From the NCBI GenBank assembly GCA_963718615.1, contig OY970368.1:3488001-3552000 (forward strand): a stretch of DNA of 64,000 bases, written 5' to 3'. The notes under the pieces are model-generated. The model saw only the letters and a program-made list of their open reading frames with translations, was not told the origin of the DNA and searched no databases. Each line of letters begins with the position of its first letter. Position 1 is the stretch's first letter. Positions 30,455 to 42,498 of the stretch are shown one piece after another. Both the position numbers and the translations under genes were made by a program. The DNA comes from an uncultured cyanobacterium. GTDB lineage: Bacteria; Cyanobacteriota; Cyanobacteriia; PCC-9006; JAAUQQ01.

Positions 30455-30973
30455 CTAGGCCGCCTCGGAAGCCGCCACAAGTTCCGGTTCAAGAACTGTA
30501 GGCTTCCCCGTTGCGCCACTGACCGCTAATTCTGTGCTTTCGTCCTCTTCTGAGTCAACCGAGTCTGGGCTTGACGCGTCTGGGTCTACTCCACGGGCCA
30601 CCATGGAATCGATCATTTCTGGCAGATCAACGGGGCTAAGCTCATGGTTCCGCTGGGCTGTGCGGGTTTCGGCCAGAACGCGCTGATAGAGTTCGCGCGT
30701 CAAGGCAATGCTACCTTGACGAGGGGCCTTATTCACCGCACTGAAGGACCAGCGCACTGCATTTTCAATGTGGCTGGAATAATCCTGCTTTCCCCGGTTG
30801 ATCTGACTTTTGAGCCCCTCCAGCGAGCAAGCGTAAAGTGGTGGAACGCGATTTAGGGCATAGGTCATGAGTGCCACGATTTCGCCACGCAGATGTTTGT
30901 ATTCTTTCTTCTTGAGAGAACGAACGATCTCCTGCTCAATCAGCAGTTCCATTACGTTGACATAGATTTTCAT
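30455..30973 (-). CDS. ComFB-domain protein
   Basis: NVMELLI..YALNRVPPLYA motif. Confidence 0.82.
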   Translation of the reverse strand: MKIYVNVMELLIEQEIVRSLKKKEYKHLRGEIVALMTYALNRVPPLYACSLEGLKSQINRGKQDYSSHIENAVRWSFSAVNKAPRQGSIALTRELYQRVLAETRTAQRNHELSPVDLPEMIDSMVARGVDPDASSPDSVDSEEDESTELAVSGATGKPTVLEPELVAASEAA

Positions 30974-31528
30974 GGCGCGTTGAACCCTTGACTCTGATGC
31001 AAACAAGATACAAGAACAAAAAAGGAGAATTTAGAAATTTCTCCGACCGTGAAAGATTGAAGAAAGGAAGGAAAAAAACAGGTCGTAATTCTTCGGTGCT
31101 ATGTGGGTATTTTCCCTGTTGATTGACTAGAACGGCATCCGCAATTTCAACTTCTTTGTTAATCCTTTATTGAGACTTCAAAAGTGGGAAAAATGCGGAG
31201 ACCGAAACATAAAAATATCGAAAAAGCTAAGCGATTTCGAGGAGAAAATAGGCCATCTTTTTATCTATGTCCTGAACTAAATATGGTCTTTAAAACACCA
31301 TCAGAAACTTGTGAGAATTTCAGGAGACCGATAGACATTGAATGTCTTCATGATTCAGCAATTGTGCGGTTGTGATTGGAGAATAGCTCAAAATTGGCTG
31401 GGGCTAGCCAGTCCCTGCCCTAGAGTGCCCGAGAGTTACCCCAAGGCTGCCAGGAAATCTCGGGAACCGTTTGCGGAAGTTTCTCCCCCTTTGGCAGAAA
31501 CTTCGTTATTTTTGAGGAGTCGTGTGGG

Positions 31529-32197
31529 GTGAGGAATAGCTTTGGAATGTTTGTGCCTATGTTGAGTCCTGCGGATGGGATGCGAGGGTTAATGCGAAGG
31601 CTGATGATGGGCTTGCCGGGGAGCGGGCTGGTTTGTTTGCTGACAGGGCTCGGGCCAATCCAGCCGGTGCTTGCTCAAACGACAGTTTCGACTGTTGGCT
31701 CCGGTGTAACCTCCCCAGCGGCTTTTGTTACACCGCCAGATGCCAAGGAGCTCAAGGCTTTGGGGGAGGGGGTGCAGACAGCGATCGCCACGCCCGCGCA
31801 GCGAAAGGCCCAGCGGAGCTTGGTGATTCGCCTGAGCCAGCGTCGGGTCTATGTCTATGAACAGGACCATTTGATGGTCAGCTATCCAATCGCCGTGGGC
31901 AAGCAGGGTTGGGAAACGCCGACGGGGGACTGGGAGGTTTTCCAGATGATTCAAGATCCCAGTTGGCAGCATCCCTGGACCGGCGAGATTGTGCCACCGG
32001 GTCCTGATAATCCCCTAGGCCGTCGCTGGATCGGCTTTTGGACGGACGGAACCAATGTGATCGGATTTCACGGAACGCCCAATGAAAATTTGGTGGGTCA
32101 GGCGGTTTCCCATGGCTGTATTCGGATGAAAAATTCCCACATCCAGAGCATGTTTGAGCTAATTGCCCAGGGGGCTACGGTGCGCGTTGATCCCTAG
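31529..32197 (+). CDS. L,D-transpeptidase (YkuD)
   Basis: TPTG..NPLG..IGFHGT..SHGCIRM; start uncertain. Confidence 0.92.
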   Translation: MRNSFGMFVPMLSPADGMRGLMRRLMMGLPGSGLVCLLTGLGPIQPVLAQTTVSTVGSGVTSPAAFVTPPDAKELKALGEGVQTAIATPAQRKAQRSLVIRLSQRRVYVYEQDHLMVSYPIAVGKQGWETPTGDWEVFQMIQDPSWQHPWTGEIVPPGPDNPLGRRWIGFWTDGTNVIGFHGTPNENLVGQAVSHGCIRMKNSHIQSMFELIAQGATVRVDP

Positions 32198-32214
32198 ACC
32201 TGGAGACAGTTGGG

Positions 32215-33156
32215 TCACGCAAAGCAGGCCGTTTGGATGGTTTGCCAGACTTGGTCGAGCAAATCCGAGGCATCGGCTTCAAACCACTGAATCTCGGGGA
32301 TGGCGCGAAACCAGGTGCGCTGGCGTTTGGCAAACTGCCGGGTGTGCAAAATAGTGAGGTCTTGGGCGGTTTCTAGGTCAACCTCGCCCCGCAGATACTG
32401 GCTGATTTCTTGGTAGCCCAGGGTGTTGAGCAGGGGGAGCCCGTCGCCATAGCGATCGCGTAATCCCTGCACTTCTTCCACAAATCCTGCTGCGACCATG
32501 GCCTGGGTCCGTTGGCGGATGCGGAGGTCTAGGCCCTTGTCGGGCGATCGCCCCTGGCAATCTAAACCAATCTGCAAAATTGGATAATCCGGCGGATCTT
32601 CCCCCTGCTGACTAGAAATCGGCTGGCCGGTGACGTAAAAAACCTCTAGGGCTCGGAGAGTTCGAACCGCATCATTGGGATGGATCCGTTGGCTGGCCTG
32701 GGGATCGAGGGATTGGAGGAGGGCGTAGCAATGGGGTTGGCCGAGGGTGGTGAGCTGCGATCGCAAATCCTCCTGAGGGGGCACCCGAGGAATTTTTAGC
32801 CCACGCACCACGGATTTTATATAAAGACCCGTTCCTCCCACGAGCAGCGGAGTGCCATGGGGTCCCGAGGTTGCTTGCTGCTGAAACTGGGCCACAAGCT
32901 CCTGGGCTTGCTGCTGATAGTCACCTAGGGTTAAGGTTGCCGTCGGCTCACAGAGATCCAGCAAATAATGGGGCACCCGCTGCTGCTCGGCCTCGCTGGG
33001 CTTGGCGGTGCCAATGTTAAATCCGCGATACACTTGGCGCGAATCCGCCGTCAGGATGACGCTACCCAATCGCTCAGCCAGCGTTAGCGCCAACCCCGAC
33101 TTGCCAGAAGCGGTCGGTCCACAAATGACGATGAGTCCTGCTTGCCGCTGCATCAC
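32215..33156 (-). CDS. miaA: tRNA dimethylallyltransferase
   Basis: GPTASGKS, DSRQVY..IGTAKP, VGGTGLY, AKRQRTW. Confidence 0.97.
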   Translation of the reverse strand: MMQRQAGLIVICGPTASGKSGLALTLAERLGSVILTADSRQVYRGFNIGTAKPSEAEQQRVPHYLLDLCEPTATLTLGDYQQQAQELVAQFQQQATSGPHGTPLLVGGTGLYIKSVVRGLKIPRVPPQEDLRSQLTTLGQPHCYALLQSLDPQASQRIHPNDAVRTLRALEVFYVTGQPISSQQGEDPPDYPILQIGLDCQGRSPDKGLDLRIRQRTQAMVAAGFVEEVQGLRDRYGDGLPLLNTLGYQEISQYLRGEVDLETAQDLTILHTRQFAKRQRTWFRAIPEIQWFEADASDLLDQVWQTIQTACFA

Positions 33157-33268
33157 TCTGAATCACCCTGAATCACTCTGAATCACCCCAGCTCCTGACA
33201 CCCAACGTTAGAATAGAAAAGATGTACTGAGGCGATCGCCCTACATCCCGTCCTCAAAGTTTGCCTAG

Positions 33269-35311
<2,043 letters not shown>

Positions 35312-35345
35312 CCCAGACCCATTACCCGCCCACCCTATCACCCGC

Positions 35346-35984
35346 TCATCCCGTCACCCGGAACGACTGCATGAACCCTTCCGCCATACCCACAAAGCCA
35401 GGTTCCAGCCGTTCCGGGACCGCCACGGTCATTTGATACAGTCGTGACCCAATCAGATAGGAGCGATGGGTAATGATCACCGCCTGTCCATCTAGCTGAC
35501 TGGTTATTTTATACTGACGACCGGGATAGTCCTGAAAGGAGAGACGGTTCTCTTGCAGTATCTGCCCCTGGAAGCCCTGGAGCAGCGCCTCCCGCTCCCG
35601 CGCAAACATTTGTGACTGGGTGTCTGTGTCTCCATTGGCGATGTTGGTCGCATCCGTCCAACCCACCATGTAGAGCGCTTCAAAGCTCGGTTCAGTCGCC
35701 GTCATAAAATGCTGCTCTGGTGCGGAGCGATCGCTCGTGCCCTGGGCTAGATAGCGAGGCGTATTCGGCATCAGAATGCTAAACCCCCCATCTGGGGCCT
35801 GTACGGTCCGCCACACCGTACGCTGCTGCCAATATTGAAACCCATTGAGGCCGGGGTTAAGGCCGGGATTTGAGGCTTGAGTTTGGGCGATCGCAGGCAG
35901 CCCCAAGCCGCTCCCCCCTAGGGTCGAGAGTGCCACCATCATGGCTAAAGATTTTGTTAGATGCACGGCTGAGAACCTCACCAC
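35346..35984 (-). CDS. Secreted hypothetical protein, paralogue 1 (possible PsbP/DcrB-like fold)
   Basis: Signal peptide; W..DGGFSILMP..YPGRQY..YLIGSRLYQ..FMQSF. Confidence 0.75.
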   Translation of the reverse strand: MVRFSAVHLTKSLAMMVALSTLGGSGLGLPAIAQTQASNPGLNPGLNGFQYWQQRTVWRTVQAPDGGFSILMPNTPRYLAQGTSDRSAPEQHFMTATEPSFEALYMVGWTDATNIANGDTDTQSQMFAREREALLQGFQGQILQENRLSFQDYPGRQYKITSQLDGQAVIITHRSYLIGSRLYQMTVAVPERLEPGFVGMAEGFMQSFRVTG

Positions 35985-36106
35985 AAGACCGGATTCCTCT
36001 TTAGTTTGCCCGGAGAAAAGTCTTGTGAAACAGCCAAAAGCCTTTCTGGCAAAAGGAATTAACTCAGTTGGCTCAGCAATTGATATCTAGGCCATTTGTA
36101 ATTCGA

Positions 36107-36724
36107 TTACCGCAGTTGAAACGACTGTAAAAACCCCTTTGTACTGTGCTGAAGATCAGGCTCGACCCCAGCCGGAACCACTGCCCAAAGCTGAAACACC
36201 CGTGATCCCATCAGAAACGTGCGGCCCGTCAGGATGTAGGTTTGGCGATCGCGATCGCCCCGCAGCCGATATTGCTTACCGGGATACCCCGCCAGCGTCA
36301 GGTTCGTTTCCTGGAGCAATTGCCCCTGCCAACGGTCCGCCCAGTTGCTGAGCAAGGTTTCAAACGCCAGCGTTCGCTGTTGTTGGTGCCGAAGAGAAAG
36401 CTCCGGCGGCAGCTCAATCCAGCTCACGTAATATTCAGCGCCGTGCTGGGATTGCTCAGCGACGAGCCCGAGGCGCTGGACAGACTGACCGAGTAATTCG
36501 ACCGACTCCGTTTGGCGATCGCCCGCTCCCGGCAGCAGTAAGCGGAAATGCCCATCCTGGACATAGACCGACTGCCAAACAGAAGGCTGCGGTTCTTCCC
36601 AAAATTGGGCCAAGACTGAGGGGGGCGTGGCGATCGCCCCCACCAAGACAGTCCCGACGCCCAGAAACAAGATCATGGGAAAGGTATATCCCTTCCCCCA
36701 AGCCAATGGTTTAAAGCAGTGCAC
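36107..36724 (-). CDS. Secreted hypothetical protein, paralogue 2
   Basis: W..DGHFRLLLP..YPGKQY..FLMGSRVFQ..FLQSF. Confidence 0.75.
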   Translation of the reverse strand: MHCFKPLAWGKGYTFPMILFLGVGTVLVGAIATPPSVLAQFWEEPQPSVWQSVYVQDGHFRLLLPGAGDRQTESVELLGQSVQRLGLVAEQSQHGAEYYVSWIELPPELSLRHQQQRTLAFETLLSNWADRWQGQLLQETNLTLAGYPGKQYRLRGDRDRQTYILTGRTFLMGSRVFQLWAVVPAGVEPDLQHSTKGFLQSFQLR

Positions 36725-36785
36725 AGCTAACTCACTCTGCGGTTTGACGCGATATCTTTAGGGTGCCCGTTCGTCCGCTAGAGAT

Positions 36786-37526
36786 TCAGGAGTCTACTTT
36801 ATTCGTCGGGTCATTGGCTGGGTTATTAGTCAGGTTATGGGTCGGGTTATTGGGGGCATCGCCAGGGGCAATGGGGCGGAGCTGAAAGGATTTCAAGAAT
36901 CCCTGGGTGCTCCCAGTCAAATAGGGTTCTATCCGTTGGGGCACCGCCGCCAGAATGTGATAGAGCCGTGAACCAATCAAATAGCTCCGACTGGTGACCG
37001 TAAAAGCATTGCCTCGGACTTGGCTGGTCATCGTAAACTGTTTACCAGTAGAGCCCGCCAGTTGAATACTGGATTCCGCCGTCAGCTTGCCCTTAAAGCT
37101 CTGCAAAAAACTCTGCTTGGTATGCTCCAAAATTTGAGCCCGACTCGCCTCCGTCAGGTTCCGATCGACGGAAATATCAGACCAAGCCACCATATAAAAC
37201 GCATCATGCTGGGTTTGGGTTGCCAGCAGGAGCGTTTGCTCAACGGGTTTGCCTTCTACCTGAAGGATATTGACCTGGCGATCGACCGTTCCCGGCATCA
37301 GAATGCTAAACCCGCCATCATTGACTTCAAAGGCATTCCAAACCGAGGCATTGGGGGAAGCGGGTTTAACAGCGATCGCCGCTGGGCTTGTTCCGCTAGG
37401 ATTTGCACTGCTGGAATTCGCACTGCTGGAATTCGCGCCAAGCAACAAAGCACAGGAAAGCAAGGTGGGAACAAAACACCGATTAATAGAGGAATTCACA
37501 GGGGGCCTCCAAACAAAATGCACCAA
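36786..37526 (-). CDS. Secreted hypothetical protein, paralogue 3
   Basis: W..DGGFSILMP..GKQF..YLIGSRLYH..FLKSF. Confidence 0.75.
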   Translation of the reverse strand: MVHFVWRPPVNSSINRCFVPTLLSCALLLGANSSSANSSSANPSGTSPAAIAVKPASPNASVWNAFEVNDGGFSILMPGTVDRQVNILQVEGKPVEQTLLLATQTQHDAFYMVAWSDISVDRNLTEASRAQILEHTKQSFLQSFKGKLTAESSIQLAGSTGKQFTMTSQVRGNAFTVTSRSYLIGSRLYHILAAVPQRIEPYLTGSTQGFLKSFQLRPIAPGDAPNNPTHNLTNNPANDPTNKVDS

Positions 37527-37644
37527 AGATTGGCCCTATAGTTCCTTGGCGATCGCCTCTCGGCGATGGGGGATTAGACCTTGCGATCGCTCGACCTTCA
37601 CCCCCCATTGGTTTTCATGAATTTCTCAGACCATCTAGAGCGGG

Positions 37645-39771
37645 TCATCCACGACTAAGGGCTGCCCAAGTCGAGGGTCCTACCACACCATCTGGATCAA
37701 GCCCAAAGCGTCGCTGAGCGGCTATGACCGCCGATCGGGTCAAGGGGCCAAAATCGCCATCGGCGGGAGCCGTGAGGAACCCAAAGGCCCGCAGCCGCTG
37801 CTGGAGCTGGACGACAGCATCTCCGCGATCGCCTTGACGCAGAGTCGGTTGGGTTGGCTGGGTCGGTTGAGCAGGCGTCGCCTTATCCAGGGCAGCCCAG
37901 GTCGTCGGTCCTACAACTCCATCTGCCGTCAATCCCAACTTTTGCTGGGCCGCAATCACAGCCCGCTGCGTCCCCAAGCCAAAGTCTCCGTCCGCCGCAC
38001 CGGAAAGGAATCCTAAATCCTTGAGACGGCGCTGGAGCTGGACGACAGCATCTCCGCGATCGCCCTGCCGAAGCGTAGGACGTTGATCCACGGGATCAGC
38101 CTTAAGCAGAGCCCCATTCCCACTGGGAAAGAGCAACTTCCCGCCGGTTTCATCCAGATGTTTGAAATTCGCATTGGCCAGGACTGCTTGCCGTTGGTCC
38201 AACAACCGCCGGTATAGCCGACGCAGTTCGTTGGTGCGCACTGCACCGCTTGCACCCAGGGCCTTTTGCTCTCGACTAACATATTGGTTAATGCGATTTT
38301 GTAGCGTCGCCACGGGATCAGGACTGCGTAAGACCGCTAAAAACAGAGCCTCGGCAGTATTCGCAGCAGGATTGAGGCGTTCCAAATTCTTGATCACTTG
38401 GGGAATCAAATCACTATTTTCGCCAACCTTAAACTGGGAGGGTATAACTTTGCTACTCCAGAGCTTCGCCCGCACTGGCGACAACACAGGTGTTTCCAGG
38501 TCCAAGGCCAAGACCGCTGCCACAAACTTCGCCGGAACCAAGTCCCGTTGCACCAACTGGGACACGAAATCTGTATCTATAAAGCTCGGTTCTGGCGCAA
38601 ACCAAGCAAAGTGGGTATCTGCTGGTTTTTGGCCATTGAACTGGGTATCTGAGCGACGAACCAAATCATCGTATTCTCGCCCCGTCAGCGATGCAAATCC
38701 CGAGAAGTTTTGGGCATCAAATAATCCCAAGGTACTAGAAATTAAATTGGCATTGAGAAACGTACTACTGGGGATTGAAACGGTTTGGGCCGTCGCACCA
38801 GAGGATTGGCCAAAGGGATGTAATCCTGATAGCGTGTCGCTACTGATGATATTAAATTCAGTCGTCACAAAGAGAGGTTTGAGAAGTCGTAAAGCATCCG
38901 TTATCGTTTTACCATCGGCACTGAGTAGGGCCTGGATTCGGCGATCGTTAAACCGAGAAATGGTCGGGAAAATGTCTGATCCTTCCAAGGTTTCTGCACC
39001 CTGCAAATTGCGGAAGGGTGAGTTTTGTCCTTGGGCGATCGGCCAACTATTCTTCCCACCGGATAGGTAGGTCACTTCGGCACTAAAGGAATGCCAGTTA
39101 TTCCAGGGTAACAGCAGTTCCTTCATCACAGGGCCACCATTAATATGGCATTCCATACAGGTCCCTTGACGAGCAGAGCTAGAGAGCAGATCGGCCCCGG
39201 CAGAGCTCCCTCGAAACTTCCAAGTGGGTGCCGTTTCACCCCTGCCTTGATCGAGTTTATAGTAGTTAAATTGCCCTTGCGATTCGTCCCAGCCCATCGC
39301 TTCTAGAAACCCAGGCAGTGGCAAGGTCTCTGGATTGAAAAGCAGCGAGAAAAACACGTTTTGATCCAGATCGGTTTCGGGGGAATCATCGCGATCGTCC
39401 CGAAGGGTTAAAACAGCTCGACGAACTGCTGCTCGATTATTGACCTTCGTGGCAGCATCAACAATATGTTCATCTACCGCAAATAAACTTTGATCACTAG
39501 ACTTAAGCAATTGTTGAATTTTTGTCAGACTAGTTGTCTCTGCATGGTCCTTCAGAACTAAGTTAAACATCGGATCGTTAAGTTGCGATCGCTCCTGCTC
39601 ACTCAAAGGCCGGATTTCCCCCTGATCAGTCTCCTGTTTAAGCAACAAAGCCTGAGTTTGGGCCCAAGCCGACGAAATCGGCATAAGAATTAGACACAAA
39701 ACCAAAACACTGACCCAAACACTCATCCAAACAAACCGAATCAGGCCGATCGACTGGCGATAAAACCCCAT
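37645..39771 (-). CDS. Exported CxxCH protein with two C-terminal peptidoglycan-binding domains
   Basis: Signal peptide (AWA), CMECH, 2x TLRQGDRGDAVVQLQ..ADGDFG..DGVVGP.TW. Confidence 0.82.
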   Translation of the reverse strand: MGFYRQSIGLIRFVWMSVWVSVLVLCLILMPISSAWAQTQALLLKQETDQGEIRPLSEQERSQLNDPMFNLVLKDHAETTSLTKIQQLLKSSDQSLFAVDEHIVDAATKVNNRAAVRRAVLTLRDDRDDSPETDLDQNVFFSLLFNPETLPLPGFLEAMGWDESQGQFNYYKLDQGRGETAPTWKFRGSSAGADLLSSSARQGTCMECHINGGPVMKELLLPWNNWHSFSAEVTYLSGGKNSWPIAQGQNSPFRNLQGAETLEGSDIFPTISRFNDRRIQALLSADGKTITDALRLLKPLFVTTEFNIISSDTLSGLHPFGQSSGATAQTVSIPSSTFLNANLISSTLGLFDAQNFSGFASLTGREYDDLVRRSDTQFNGQKPADTHFAWFAPEPSFIDTDFVSQLVQRDLVPAKFVAAVLALDLETPVLSPVRAKLWSSKVIPSQFKVGENSDLIPQVIKNLERLNPAANTAEALFLAVLRSPDPVATLQNRINQYVSREQKALGASGAVRTNELRRLYRRLLDQRQAVLANANFKHLDETGGKLLFPSGNGALLKADPVDQRPTLRQGDRGDAVVQLQRRLKDLGFLSGAADGDFGLGTQRAVIAAQQKLGLTADGVVGPTTWAALDKATPAQPTQPTQPTLRQGDRGDAVVQLQQRLRAFGFLTAPADGDFGPLTRSAVIAAQRRFGLDPDGVVGPSTWAALSRG

Positions 39772-39833
39772 AAAATCAAGCTCCCAAATGATGAATCAAA
39801 AACAATTAGATTTTGGCCCCAATCAACCCCTAA

Positions 39834-41051
39834 TCAACGATTGGTTTCGCGGGCAATGATGACATTGGCTCCTAACTGAAGCTTTTGGGCAACCTGCGCC
39901 CCTGAGGTAATGGCCATACCCTCTAGGGTTAATCCTGGTTGATTGCGCAAGATCCCCCGCTGACCGCCACGACTCACGGTCCATACGCCAGAATTGCGAT
40001 CGGGATTGTTAATATCAATACGGTTGCCATTGAGTGCCCAAATGCCTTGCATCTCCAACAACCGCAGTCTAGTCGGATCCTCCAAACTGAGAAAATTGCC
40101 TTGAATAGCTTGGTTTTGAGCAGCGGCGCAAACATTCGGGTCAGAGCTACGTTCAGGGACACAGTCAACGCGTCCCGAGTTCACTCTTCCCAGCCGACAA
40201 ACTTCCTGGGGTCGCAGTTGCCGCTGGGGAACACTGCACTGGGAGACAAGGTTAAACAAAAACAGCAATGTATTAAACTGCTGAGTCAGACACAAAATCC
40301 CTTTTCGCCCATTGTTCCAGGGATTATTCGCCAAATTCTGACGGAAAAGTTGACCCGCACCTCGATAGGTTTTCTGAAAATTAATAACCGCCGTTTGCGT
40401 GATCGGCCCAAAGTCACCATCCGCCGTCTTCAGCAAATCCAGCCATTGTAGCCGCTGCTGCAAGCGACGCACCGAGTCTCCCCTGGCTCCCAGACGCAGC
40501 ACGGGCTGAAGAAATTCGGGTTCGGCCCCGTGGTCAACGACGCGATCGAGAACGGTCCAGGTTGCAGGACCCACAACACCATCGACACCCAGGGCAGGCG
40601 GAGATTGAGCGGTTCCCAGCAATTCCTGCACGGTTGGATTGGCACCGGGAATCACGCTTTTGATCCCGGCGATGAGAGCTTCCACACTGACATCTGCCAA
40701 CGCTTGCCAGCATTCCGGAAACTCGGTGGTAAAGGTCACCTGGGTCAGTCGTTTCTGACTATCAAACTCCGTGCGCCACTCGATGTATTCCTCTTGGAGC
40801 GTGAGGCGATCGCCATCAATCTGTTTCGGAGAGACCGCCGTGCGCTTACGGGGAAAGGCATTCCAAGGGATCGTTGCGACCTGGATTTGCACATTGGGCT
40901 TGAGCTGATTCAAGCGTTGCAGCGTGATAAATTGGGTTCCCGGCTCTTGGGCCGCTTTTTGATAGCGAATATCGAGTTTACTACGATAAGCGGCTAGGGC
41001 ACCGGGTTTAATCAAAAAGTTAGTTTCGGTTGGATCCTGATAAGGAAACAT
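39834..41051 (-). CDS. Hypothetical protein with internal peptidoglycan-binding domain
   Basis: QEEYIEW..FTTEFPE; PG-binding motifs; Cys-containing C-terminal half. Confidence 0.78.
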   Translation of the reverse strand: MFPYQDPTETNFLIKPGALAAYRSKLDIRYQKAAQEPGTQFITLQRLNQLKPNVQIQVATIPWNAFPRKRTAVSPKQIDGDRLTLQEEYIEWRTEFDSQKRLTQVTFTTEFPECWQALADVSVEALIAGIKSVIPGANPTVQELLGTAQSPPALGVDGVVGPATWTVLDRVVDHGAEPEFLQPVLRLGARGDSVRRLQQRLQWLDLLKTADGDFGPITQTAVINFQKTYRGAGQLFRQNLANNPWNNGRKGILCLTQQFNTLLFLFNLVSQCSVPQRQLRPQEVCRLGRVNSGRVDCVPERSSDPNVCAAAQNQAIQGNFLSLEDPTRLRLLEMQGIWALNGNRIDINNPDRNSGVWTVSRGGQRGILRNQPGLTLEGMAITSGAQVAQKLQLGANVIIARETNR

Positions 41052-41060
41052 AGGCTTGGT

Positions 41061-41288
41061 TTACTCCCCAAATCGCTGAACGGTTTTGCCACCCACGAAG
41101 ATTCCGATCACGGTAAGGACTGAATCGGGAATGGCTTGGAGGGCTTCGCCTTTGAGGCTGGCGATCGCCCAAACCACAAAAATTCCCCCTCCCCAAAGCA
41201 TCATTAGCAATCGCGAGGAGGAGAGTTTGCCATTTTCTTCCCGGATAAAGCTACCTAAACCCGCTTGAGGCTGTTGTTCTTCCATCAA
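41061..41288 (-). CDS. Small two-TM membrane protein
   Basis: About 75 aa; SSSRL..TM..IPDS..TM..GK; 9 nt upstream of next gene. Confidence 0.7.
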   Translation of the reverse strand: MMEEQQPQAGLGSFIREENGKLSSSRLLMMLWGGGIFVVWAIASLKGEALQAIPDSVLTVIGIFVGGKTVQRFGE

Positions 41289-41532
41289 TTCACCCAGCTC
41301 ATGGTTTGGATCATGTGTTCAATTCAGGTCTCAATCTAGAATGGATAGGGAACACAAGGGAGACCAAACACTGATACAGCACTGATATAGCGTTGTGCAT
41401 TGAACGTGATTTTGGTCACGAAGTCACAGGCTGCCATTGGACAATATCAGGACTTTTTCGAGAAATCGGTAAAGTTTCGGAAATGCAAAATAACTTAACT
41501 AGCTGTAGAGCTTTTCCTAATTACCGATGGAT

Positions 41533-41961
41533 TCAGATTGACAAATCTACGATCGCCAACCCCGGCACCTGCTCAAAATCTTTTCGATTCCGAGTCACTA
41601 TCGTTGCTCCTAAAGAAAGGGCGATCGCGGCAATTCTCATGTCCTTTTGCAATCGAGTCTTCCGTAACGGTGGATTTTCCCTCAATAGCTGTTGATATAT
41701 CTGATGGGCTGCATCATCAAAATTAACAATCGGGATACCTTTAAAATATTCAACTGTATGCCAGAATTTTGTATAGAGCGGCACTGGATTTTGGATATTG
41801 GCTCGCGCATTAATCAGAGAAACCCAGCCATTAAACACTTCTTGCACAGTGACAATATTCGTTACAACTTGTGGCTCGAACAACTGAATGTTGCGCTGGA
41901 TGAGTGTATTACCTTCTAGCAGTAAGGAAACATGATCGGAGTCCAGAATAAACCGTGTCAT
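41533..41961 (-). CDS. VapC PIN-domain toxin
   Basis: ILDSDHVS..QEVFNG..DMRIAAIAL..VTRNRKDF. Confidence 0.93.
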   Translation of the reverse strand: MTRFILDSDHVSLLLEGNTLIQRNIQLFEPQVVTNIVTVQEVFNGWVSLINARANIQNPVPLYTKFWHTVEYFKGIPIVNFDDAAHQIYQQLLRENPPLRKTRLQKDMRIAAIALSLGATIVTRNRKDFEQVPGLAIVDLSI

Positions 41962-41970
41962 CTTAAACTA

Positions 41971-42333
41971 TTACTGCTGGTAGACTGACGGATCAACCTC
42001 AGAATCATCATCAACGTTGCGTTCGGCCCGAATAGCTGTCGCGATTGCGGCAAAGTCAGCATCATCCTTGTATAGCCCAAATAGCTTACTCCAAGGGCTT
42101 GCTGCAGTGGGGGTCATGGTTAGAGGCAAACTCAGCGGCATAAACTCAACCCGAGCAATTTGGGCTTGCCATTGTTGATGCACTAGGGCGATCGCTGCTT
42201 CCTTGGTTTCAGCTTCCACCCGACAGGCCGGAAACTCCATCACCGAGGCCACAAACCGCCCCGAATCCTGAGATTCAAGCATCAACGTCACAGTAACTTT
42301 GTTGGGGATAGTTGTTGGTGTAACAAGCGTCAT
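41971..42333 (-). CDS. HicB-like antitoxin
   Basis: GRFVASVMEFPAC.VEAETKEAA fold motif; PW..FG.YKDD tail; upstream of PIN gene. Confidence 0.78.
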   Translation of the reverse strand: MTLVTPTTIPNKVTVTLMLESQDSGRFVASVMEFPACRVEAETKEAAIALVHQQWQAQIARVEFMPLSLPLTMTPTAASPWSKLFGLYKDDADFAAIATAIRAERNVDDDSEVDPSVYQQ

Positions 42334-42498
42334 GGGGTCTTATTTCGGGGATGGTCTCGGGAATGATAGATTTATTTTAGCGCAGGGTGATTCTTGGAAG
42401 TTTGGTCGAGGGGTGACCGTCCCTCCAGCATTTGAGGAGCGCAACGGGGCATCCTACATCCCTTTGCACAAATGCATCGGTTTGCACGAATGTATCGG

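Noticed and set aside
38162-39070. 302-aa plus-strand ORF and similar antisense ORFs over gyrB, MATE and the lectin gene
   Set aside because: Opposite to well-supported genes and no recognisable motifs.
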